NCBI RefSeq assembly: GCF_964204645.1
Contig: NC_134035.1
Span: 11,068,451 to 11,132,450, forward strand
Reading direction: 5' to 3'
DNA: 64,000 nt
From: Tubulanus polymorphus
Taxonomy: Eukaryota; Animalia; Nemertea
The translations under genes were made by a program, and so were the position numbers. Below the pieces are notes generated by a model. That model had not been told where the DNA came from and made no database searches. It saw only the letters and a program-made list of their open reading frames with translations. Below, piece by piece: positions 12,450 through 24,000 of the stretch (position 1 is the stretch's first letter; each line of letters opens with the position of its first letter).

Positions 12450-15400
12450 ATCTGTGTATTGGCCACAAGAGGAATTTTCAAAAGCCACTGGTCTACAACA
12501 CGCTCTCAGGAAAGAAAGATTTAAAGTCGTAACCTTTCACCTATACCAGTAACCACTCGGCAATTATCATAAGTTAGAGTTATCATTCGAAGATAAGTCG
12601 TAGGTAAGTGGCCAAGCGCAATAAAGCATCCTCGGAAAATGGGCCGCCCGCGTGATTTTATGATTAGTCTTACTCCACCTTTGAAGTTATTAATTCAGAT
12701 ATTTATCAGATTTTTATCGGCGGATGTCAAAACGATAACAAGCTCAAGCTGATTCCAGACCTTTGATATATAGACGACGGAGATGGTTTACACACGTGCG
12801 TAGATTCCAAAGTTCATCGCGTTTGACGTACATATCGCAATCACCGTGCATAAACCATAACCCGAATATACATAATTATCGATCAATTTACTTCTATTAA
12901 TTAATTGCAAATCTTGAAAATTAGTCTTATAAAAATCACTAGGATATAAAATAATCAACAACAAAAAAAAATTAACTTATAAAATTAGTTTTTGAATTTG
13001 TTCCGGATAGAAATTAGGATCGTAATATCAATCGAACTTCTCAAATTAATAGGCCAATTTAAGCGCTGCAAATTTCGGTACAATCAACATTTTCCTCCAT
13101 CACGTTTTTAATCAATTTTAACCGATATCGTATATAAATATATCCGAAATTTGCTAATAATAATAAAAAAAATGTTAATAATAATAATAATCTAGAGACT
13201 TTTATAAACGTTATATTTTTGTTCACAGCTTGGTATCGTTATCACAGTTATCATAGCTGGGCGTGTACTGTAAAATATACTCGCCCTTGAATGATACATC
13301 CTTTAACTATTATCGTTATTATATGGAAGCACAATATTATTGCATAAACTCCAATGTAAAGGCATAAATGTTGAATCTATATTTACTGATCGTATCTTAA
13401 ATGTTTCGAACACTTTACGACAGTCGATAATAACTCTATATTGGTTTCTGTCGACAAGCGACTGCCTAAAATTATCTAATTTGAAGAAAAAACCCGCGTT
13501 CAAAATGAAACACTATGCTAGTACGGACGCCTGAATTCTAGGACCAATTTTCAAGACTGTTTTACCAGTTTTTTTTAAATGGCTCACGGAATTCAGTTGA
13601 AACAAAGTTCTTCCTAATTCATGGGAATTTTTTCTCTCGATATACATTTCAATTTAATTCGATTTAATGAAAAGAGTAAAATAGTTTTTAGAAGAGTTTT
13701 TACGAAGCGGGACTGCTAATGATCGCTAATTCAATGGACGGACACCAGTGTTCGAAGAATATTCAAGAGAAGGTGGATTGATAAGACACTTTATCTCTGA
13801 CAGGAAGGCGCGAACCTACCTGGTTTGTCTATCATAATACTAACGTACATATTACAAACAAAAACAATCAAAATCTATCTGAAAATATGGATCGAGAACT
13901 TTTCATTTTACTAATCTCATAAAATCAGTCCAGATTTTTTAAACAATCGGATTTAAACGTATAGTAAAAGCCGCTTTGCTTGTGCTTATTTTCTTTTTAG
14001 ATATTTTGAAATCTACGCTGGAATGTAAGGTATGTCTTCTTTCGAAACACTGAAGTCTCAAAAAGCAGCAGCAGCGGCAACAGCAGCAAGCTACAGAATG
14101 TATTTACGTTAAAATTGGATAAAAATATCTATAATAAAACACGCGATAATAACGATAAGAACGGGATTAAAAAAGATGCACAATAAATGGAATGATTTTT
14201 CGGATGAATAAAAAATTCGTTTAAAAATAATGGAATTAAGATCATCGGTAATCTATACCGAATTGACACGAACCCAGTAGAATATGGAGTGGAATGTACA
14301 ATACTGGCTCCTATAGGCTATATATATATATATATATATACTAGAAAAACACTAACCTTATCTTATTAAATAACATAATGATATGAATGGATAAAATGAG
14401 AAAATTACACTTTTTGACTAAACTAACTCACTTGGAACGCGTAAATAGGCCTTTATGTTTACGATATATATTGCATCTTCTAATAGATATAGATATGGAT
14501 ATATACCGAGGTTGATATCATAGAATATTCATACATCAATTTCGAGTATAAATAGTGAATTTGGAAATCGACAGTTCTTCCGACAAAATCAAGAGTTTCA
14601 GGTTGTTTTTTTTTTCTTTCATTAGTTGAATAAGTTTCCCACCACCGTTCATTCGTGTAAACCACTATTAGTCTACATCAGCACCATTAACCACTGGCTT
14701 TTATACCCGACCTATCATTTACTAATCAAATATATATATAGATAGATATACTACTACCGCATTCAATTCATTCCTTTCAACTAATACTCTTTTTTTCAAT
14801 CCCATTCCGAAAACATTTCTAATGAACTTTTCTACGGTAATCAAGGGGAGCGGAGGCGGATCTAAGTCGCCCCGAAATGAAAAATTTTAAACCGATACCT
14901 AAAAAAAAGTTTGAATTCATACATGCTTGTCCCCTGTATTTCCAAAAATGAGTTAAAATGAGCTTTTCTTCAGGGTGTCCGGCGTTTTATCGTATGACAT
15001 GCCCTATTTTGGGGGCGCACCCCTTCCTGAATCAGACACTAGATCCACCCCCCAAAATGCAGCAAAGCACAACTTATTAAACCTACTATATCATCGAAGT
15101 CTCAGCTATATCTAAGCAGCAAAAAGACAGGACTTCTAATCAGCAAACGATATTTAGAGACATTTTAATTCGGAGACAATCGTGAAAGTGATGGATCATT
15201 AAAAAATCCACGATAATCGCTATTCCATCTCAGTCCCGACAAAATCGAAATCTTTTTAAGACGCGCGCAAGTGCGTACGACTCAAAAACTACCACCGCAC
15301 ACTCGCACACAAACACCGCAAAAATATATCAATATATATATCAACAAATTCTTAATGAACAGTTTACATGAATACAAAAAATACGCAATGAAAAACAGCG

Positions 15401-15772
15401 AAGAAAACAGCGTTGAATATCGAACTATTACTAAAACCCAGCGATATAAACCGTGTATATCTGGTTAACACTTTAAAAATGTTCTTACGGATCTTCACGT
15501 CACTAAATGTGACAGTGTCTAGGACCACCACACCACGCACCACGCACCACGCAGCTGTGGTGGTGTCTGTAATAGATACGTAATACCGACGCTATGCTGG
15601 AATTACGATTTCAGTGGTACGGCCCTCGACGCGCCGGAACGCATTTTTTTCCGTCCCGAAAAATTTCAAACCCTTAATTCAGTCGACATTGGTCGATCTC
15701 ACCGGTCAGCCGATTTATACTCTTACAATCTTTTCGTCGAGTAGAGACGTGTTGTTGTTTCGGCGATGCGGT

Positions 15773-18014
15773 CTAGTATAACTGTTGGGTATACATCTGA
15801 GGAACGATCGACAGTAAATCGGTACCGGGCATCGCGCCGACCGGCATCGTCGGTAGAGTATACGCCGTGGATAACGCCGATAGTTGATATTCAGCTGCAG
15901 CTGCCGCAGCGGCGGCCGTCGCGTACGACGACGCGTCTCCCGTCGCTGTTAAAACGAAACGAAAATAAAACAGCGTTAGAACAACTCGATCCTTGTTTAG
16001 CCCGATGATATTGGCGATTAATCGTTTGAAATAATTCAAAATTCAAACCTCCGTTTAGGTTTTAAGATTAAGTTTTATAGGCAACACGAATAGACCAAGT
16101 ATTATACAATTCTCATGCAAAGCTTCTTTTTTTTTGTTGTAAAAAACCGATAGAAAATGATAATTCATCGACAGAAATTTTCATATGAGATTTTGTTTGA
16201 GTATACTGGCAAACATTATTGATAGTAATTTCATAATAGTGTATTTCGTATACAGTGGTGCTGGGTGTGCTCAGTTGAAATCAATTAAATGCGTTATCAA
16301 TCATTAAGCAAACAAACTGAAATAGTTTATCAGCCGCGTAGTAATCAGCTACCAGGCAAAGGTTCTACAATCGCGTGGAGACTTTTCAGATGATAAGACC
16401 AGGTCTATGTGTCTATGCAGGCAGCGCGTAATGCATAACATAGACAGGCTTATCACTAACCGCGATTACACGGATGATTTGGCCCGCACCAAACCAGGGT
16501 CAAATTTGGCCCATGCCTAATATAGAGATTTTAGAGAATTTAGTTCATACATAACTCGCTCTTGCATGGGGCAAAAACACGATGTAATCGCGGCATCATA
16601 CTCAGCAGATCTAACTACACAGAACCCGGTCCTGCGTGGTATTTGATCAGTACTTGTTGCAATGCAATTTTTTCAGTGGATAAAATTAGTATAAATCACA
16701 TTAATTACAAGTATAAATCTGCAGCCTGCAACCATTCCCCTTTACAGTATAAAGAATTAACAATCGTGAAAATAGTTAAATATCTGGGTTGGTCCAAGCT
16801 GCAGATTACAGAGTCCAGTTCTAGAAAGAAGTTAAACTCGAATTTTTGGTAAAGTCGCTGCAGATGACTTCTCGATTTTAATGAGGACACGCAGGACAAC
16901 AATTCAAATTTAACCGTTTTTCTCATGAAACTTAACTAGACCATGGACCGAATTCTGCAGTTCTGAGCTGATTTAAACACCAAGACCAATACCTGATAAA
17001 TGGTATCTTTTTAATTGTCTCACCAAAATGAGAGTACATGTAATTAGATGTGAAAAATAGTAGTTTAATGAACCAGAGTTATTCTGATTTTGAGATCAGA
17101 ACCTGACGACGATCTTTAGAGTCCGAAACGTTGTGTCTTTTGATTTTCAACAAATAAAATTCGTTTTAATCTTTTAAATTTTGTATATAGTGGATTTTGA
17201 AATTATTATCTATTCTCCACATACAGAGTTGAGCGCTTTTAAAGAGCTCAACCACTCAATATCAAAATACTATTGCAATCAAAAAGATTTCGCGTTCATT
17301 TTCTATGAAAGTCCTATTTCTTATTTCAAATTACTCTCATTTTTGGTGAAAACTACTACTTTTAAATTTTGTGTATAGCGGGTTTAAACGACTCTAAACT
17401 CCTAACTGCGGAATAGGCCAGGTCCAGTCCGGTCCAGGTCCGGCGCAATATAGCATAATCATATTAGCAAAATTATTCATATTACCGTATGGTGACGACA
17501 GTATGGTAGGCGGGTAGGACGGCCCGATTATCGGACGACCTTGATGGTAGGCAGCAGTTGATGTACACGGTGTGGTAGTAATGGGAGGTGATGTCGATAC
17601 CGATGATACAGCCAGATTGTTCGTCGAACCGTCACTGATCGTCGGGCTCGGAGCGGCTGTAGAAACGTGAACGCATATTCATATTATATATATATATATA
17701 TATATATGTATTATATAGATATATATTTATACATCAGGACGGCCGCTTTCCGCCGATTTACGAGTCACCCCCCAGCTTTCCCGGATCTATCACACAAAAT
17801 TTGCCGAGTGAATCAGAGAAATTTTTAGGTTTAAAATGTTACGATCATTCATTTTTCATTGAATCATGTACTGATTACGAAACATGTGTTCAATATCATT
17901 ATGATCCAAATTCCGAATTTTCCAGGTTTTTGGTAAAATTTGTTTAACTCCCAGTTTCCTAGATTTTTTCTCATTGCCTCAGTTTCTCTGGTTTTCCAGG
18001 TCAGTGGCCGTCCT

Positions 18015-18068
<54 letters not shown>

Positions 18069-21000
18069 TGATCATCATTATCGTATGTTCGCCAATTAAT
18101 AAATACATACGCAATACATGGTCAGTTTCAGTTTCAAAACCAGTTTTAGCGAAATTTCTAAATTCGATATTTTTTAACCGATCTACAAAGCCGAAAACAT
18201 CACGCCTTGAAATTTTTAAGCCCCATGTTTGGTCGACGCCAGGCTGAGCGTGATGAAGCCCGGGTTCGTTAAATTTCGTTCTTTCTGATTTATTTCGAAT
18301 ATAATCTAAATAAAGCCATGCTATCTTGAAGACTCAGTATGTATGTATTAATTAGAAATAATCATTTAATAAAAATCAAACGGTGCTTTAATACACGACA
18401 GCACCGGCCGGCCACGTGGGGGGATCGGCTGGCTTTTTTAGTTGTGGATATAGCTTAATTCACCCCCTATAAAAACATTTATCTCAATATAAATGCAGAT
18501 CTGACTACCATTGCATCACCTTTTGAAATGATTTCCGCATATTTGACGTCAAAATTTCATCAATTGAAAATGAGCTAGAAATAATTCAGAATTTTGATAT
18601 TTCTAGGGCTAGTCGAGTTCTTACAAAGGTAACCTCAAATAGTAGTATTAGTGGTAGTCAGAGATGATTTGAAAAACCTTCACAGCGCTTCTTGAGAATT
18701 AGGTTTCCGTTCTGGATAACAAAATCTTTTGAAACAATAGTCGAAAGCATACCATTTTATAGCCCACTGTACGCAATTCCCAACGCAGCTCAATTTAGAA
18801 ATAATTCAAACGAAAGCTATATTTACCACAGCTAAAAAGACTCGAGTCCAGTTGCTCAAAAGTTAAAGATGACCAGCCGATAAATACCATACATACAGCG
18901 GAACCTCGTTACAACGAACTTCACGGGACCAGAAAATGTTCGTTATAACCGATAGTTCGTTTATATCCAGTAATGTCTTACTCGGGATGAAATTCTATAT
19001 TTGTTATATCCGATGAATCAATGTATCGGAGTTCGTTATAACAAGGTTCCAATATTGAACTTTTAATTGTCACTATGTCAACTATCCACCGGTTTAGTCC
19101 GACCAACTTTTCAGCAACGGACCCCTGGTAGCCAAATCCCGATCCAAATATTCACCCGCTTCTGAATATCTCGATTTCTAGGCATAGCAATAATCGAAGA
19201 GAAAGAAAGAGAGGCAGGCTGAATCGAAGCGTAGATCTCTCTTTCGCTGGCAATCGCGCGACCCACAGGTGTACAACATTTAGTTATATACGACCCATAG
19301 GTGTACAACGTTCAGTTATATACGACCCATAGGTGTACAACGTTCAGTTATATACGACCCACAGGTGTACAACGTTCAGTTATATACGACCCATAGGTGT
19401 ACAACGTTCAGTTATATACGACCCATAGGTGTACAACGTTCAGTTATATACGACCCACAGGTGTACAACGTTCAGTTATATACGACGTGTAAGTCGTTAA
19501 AGCGTTAGAAATCAGCGACATCGCGGCTTACACGGATTATTGGTAGCAAATAAAATAACGAGACACTTTTTTCGATATTACGAATAGTCTAAAAATTAAC
19601 ACACTATGAAATCATCAAAAACACGGGCCAGATTCGATAATAACAGTCAGCAGTTAAATGATATCGAGGTAGTAGTTCTACCACGGGGCAATGATAATAG
19701 TTCAAGCGAAATGAAGAATAAATTTCACGGCGACGACGACGTTTTGATCTCCGAGCCCGATTATAGGAGGTGCATTATTATAGTATGTCACATTGAAAAT
19801 CATCATCTCAAATTCCCGTTTAAAATCGATTTAAAAATCATCATCCGGATTTAGAAGAGATTGAAACAAAATAATCAAAAGTCATATATTCATTTCGATA
19901 ATAATATTAATCTGAATAATAATAATAATAATAATAATAGTTATTAATATTTCAGTTCATTCACCATTAATTGTATTCGCGTATGGGTGTACATATTACG
20001 CCTAAAACCTGTAGTTGTTGTTGTGACGTCCTGAATGTAGGGACAACCGTTGGAAATGCCTCTCCAAACCTTACAAAAATATTCAGAGAAATACATCACA
20101 GTTAATCGGCCTTATTAAAAAGATGGACAAATTCCCGAGAAAAATTGCGGTACCCCCGATAAAAGCAATTTCAAAGACAGTTTTGAAATATTATCAACTT
20201 AATTAAGTTAAATCCACAACTACAAAAACCAGAATTACCCCGGACCTGAAATCTCATCAATACGCCCGCATCAAGGCTACTTTGTAGTTCTTTTTTACTC
20301 GGTAAAAGATGAACAATTTCATTATGATGTTTCATTCTCAGTAAACCAGAGAAAAAGGAAATATTTCAATCGCACAATGCTTGATATGCAATACATAATA
20401 TGGTATACGCGCGGTATAGAAAAGGGTGTTGCTATTGTTCATCTTTGTTCAAATAGATATTCGGGGAGATGTCCTTTAACGTAACGAAGCCTGATAAAAA
20501 AATAGCTATATATCGATATACGAGCGCGGACATACGATAGAAAGATATTTACCGTTTTCGACTGGAATTCCGAGATTTGTGAGGACGAATTCGGCGGCTA
20601 GACTTTTCGCTTCATCGACAGTTCTGCATAGTTTCGTGGGCGTGAATGGGTGCGACATTGCTGGAACGGTCACCTGCAACATTCAAGTACAATTGAAGAG
20701 AAATACCCACTATTAGGCTAAAAACAATTGATACCTTGTCTCTCATTTCTGCCGAGCTGACCCAGCCAGCCACCCTGTACATTACCATTTTTAAAATCAT
20801 GGTCTACAGATCCAGCAGTTATGGAAACAACTGATTACAAATTTTATTACAGTTTGCAAAATGACCCCACCAATTAGGAGAAACAAGGTACCATTTTTTT
20901 TAACCTTATCAAGAATAGCTAAGAGAGTTGTGATATTTTGACTACGAGCCATTTTCAGAACTTCAATTGACTTATACACAGTCACTTGTCCATGGAAACC

Positions 21001-24000
21001 ATTACAAATTGATGTTGTACTCAAACAAAATGATTTCTTCTATTTCTGAAGACCTAGTGTGTCAGTTTGAGTTGAATTAACCTCTAGAGCAAGAAGACTG
21101 CTCGAAAATGAACCATAATTTTATCATCTGAGTTTAAAAATCTAAATCACTATTGGTTTTGGTTATCGATACGCGGATCCCGATTATCCCGAGTCGTTCT
21201 CATTGAACTATTACTCCAACTCCAAGATCCGAATTATATCTCAACACATCCCAGGTTAAAATAAATACCTTGAAAAGAAACATTTGCGAACCGTCTTGTC
21301 CGAGAGCGGAATTTAACTGGTAACTAGGGCTACCCCAACCGTTCTTGGTGCAAACTTCATCCAACACCTAGAATCAATCAAAAAATAACATATATCGTAT
21401 TACACGGTATATATCAGAACACTGAATGCTTTCTGCATGATTTCCTATTTCTAATTTCCTGACAATCGCCATACGATACAGCTCTGAATCAAGTATCGAT
21501 TTCAGAAGTTACTCGGCCAGTTTTTTTTCTCCAAAAGAGCTGCAGTTTTCAAAACAGTAACTTTTCCATATATTCTTAGTGGAATACTTTCCCTTTTTTG
21601 AAATGCTGAGAATTTTTCAAAACTGTAATGGAACTTGTTATTTCAGAAATTTAGAACACATCGTTAAGTGGCAGCGCTTTGTAAATTAACGAAAGGCCGT
21701 TATGTAGATATCAATCTGTAGTCTGGAACCATTAACCCTTCATTTCCGGAAGAATCTCAACTTGATATCTTGATGATCACTATTTGAAAGTGTGGTGATA
21801 AAATGTCTAAGTTAAGAGTTTTATCGATTGCGGGGGCGAAATAATCCAGCTGGGAACATTTTGAAATTGTACCACGGTTTCTCGATTACAAGGTGGTCGT
21901 CACCCTCGTTAAGGATTTACCCTACGGGTTAAATTAGATACCCAGCCTATAAAACCAGACCAGGACTGGGTTTCATAGATGTCGAAGTAAAATAGTCCCC
22001 GAGAACATTTTGAAATTTGCCATGGTTTCTCATCGTTACTACTGCGGTTGTTACCCAGATTTAGGAGTTGCTCCTAGGGATTACTTTGATGCCAGTCTAT
22101 AAAACCAGACCAGCAGGTATTCGTACTTCTTTTTAAGTTTATTTCCAATCAAATATACCAGGTGAAGTCTTGAATACAGTCCGATGAATTGGTATAGTGG
22201 CGATAAGGCAATTGAATATTTGAAGGGGGGCGCAGGGTCCAAGGCTGCAGATTGAAAACTAGATAGCATTAATCGAATGGTAATTGCATTGTATACCTGA
22301 AGATGAGTCTTCGATTGAGGTTTTAAAGTGACTGGATCAATAGGAGTTAATTCCATGCCCGGCAATAAATCTACAACATGCTCCTAATAAAACACAACAT
22401 GCAAATCAACATCTATATCGATACGAACGTACGTCATGCAACATGCAATAAGAGGATAGAAAGAATGAGACGAAAAGAAGATGAAATTGATAACATGCGA
22501 CCCCTCTATCGTGTCCATATTTGGCAAAATAGTTGTTCTCGAAATTAGGACGTGCGCAATAGAGGTTTGTTTTCGTTACTGAATATCAGAAACTGTATTA
22601 ATTAAAACTAGCGGCATTCAAAAACTAACCATGCGAAGAAAAGCGACAGGTTTTCAGTTCCACAGTTATGGGCAATAATTACAGTGCACTCAGCTTGCCA
22701 TAGGTTCCAAATGGACATGTGCCTGTTATGACCGACCAAAAATGTCTGACCAAAGCCAAATTTTAGCAAGTGAATTGCAAATTGCAACTGGTCACATAAG
22801 TGACTGAATTCATTTTGAATGCACTCTCTTAATTATCTATGGGCCAAATTTGATTCATTCCTGATTCGTGCCAAATCGTCTACATGCGCTCGTAGCTATA
22901 ATCTTCCGCAATATCAGTTTAGTTTAGTGAAGAGTAACAAAGTATAGAAATTCCATCAATAAAAATCTGAAGTTGGCTTCTGTTTATTTGAACTTTCTTC
23001 CAGTGAAATACTATCCCAATACTGTGGAACCGAGTGTAGTATATTCGAGTATCGACATGCACATAAAATCTCCGAAGAAAGAAAAAAGACGAGAAAGATC
23101 GAGAGAATTTGGACTTACATCTTGATGTTTGCGTCTGGGTGCGTTGACGTATCCGGCGCGTCCGGCACCGCGCGATCCGGCGGCTCCTCGTCCGCGGCCA
23201 CGCAGCGAGCCTCCTCGTAGAGCCATGTTACCTCTGGAAGTTAACAAATCATTGCGCTCATACGGGTGTGGTCGCAGGGTGCATGCAAGCGACGATTGTT
23301 GTGGTTCCTCGACTGCAGTCGGGGCGACGCTGTAACGAACAAGTAATCACCGGCTGATGATTATACAACCGTTTGTTCCTAACGTTTTCTCTCACAATTA
23401 CTTTCCATGCACCCTGCTTCTTTTCTTATATCTAAACGAGCCTGAACTGACACATTACGCGGCGCTCCACGCATCAGATTCGATACAAATTTCCAAACAG
23501 TAATTTCAAATCATTTCCGTAATCGCGCGGACGACTTAAGTAGCCATTGATAAAACACTACATCGGTGTCGTCACGTTAATCTATAGAGAATCCAACAAG
23601 AAAAACGAAAAAATAATTGAAAGTCCGAAAATGTTTCTTGGAACGAGTAGTTTATTCGACGTTTTGACTATATTCAAATAGTTATCTTCTGAAATACTGA
23701 AGATAACTATTACAATGAAGTCGAAACGTCAAATAAACTATTCATTCAAGGAAACATTTTCGGACTTTCAATTATTTTTTCGTCATTTTCGCACAATTCT
23801 CAATAGAATATGATTTAAGTAATTCCATACGATAAGTGAATAGATCGGTACTGAATTTTGTCGCATTTATTTCACGAATTAATAATGAATATTATTTTTA
23901 AGATGGGTTCTTCACGTTCATGATTCAATACTCATTTCAAACAACTCCATGATTGGGAGCGATGATTCATATAGATAGTAACATTAAGTCAGTTCGCATA

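Noticed and set aside
15670-15775. Stop-codon readthrough of the RBM46/47-like gene
   Set aside because: An open stretch follows the TAG, but the context (TAG-A) is not a leaky one and the length is within chance.
19260-19486. 32-bp repeats resembling a CRISPR array
   Set aside because: Units are directly adjacent with no unique spacers, there are no cas genes, and the context is a eukaryotic intron. It is a minisatellite.
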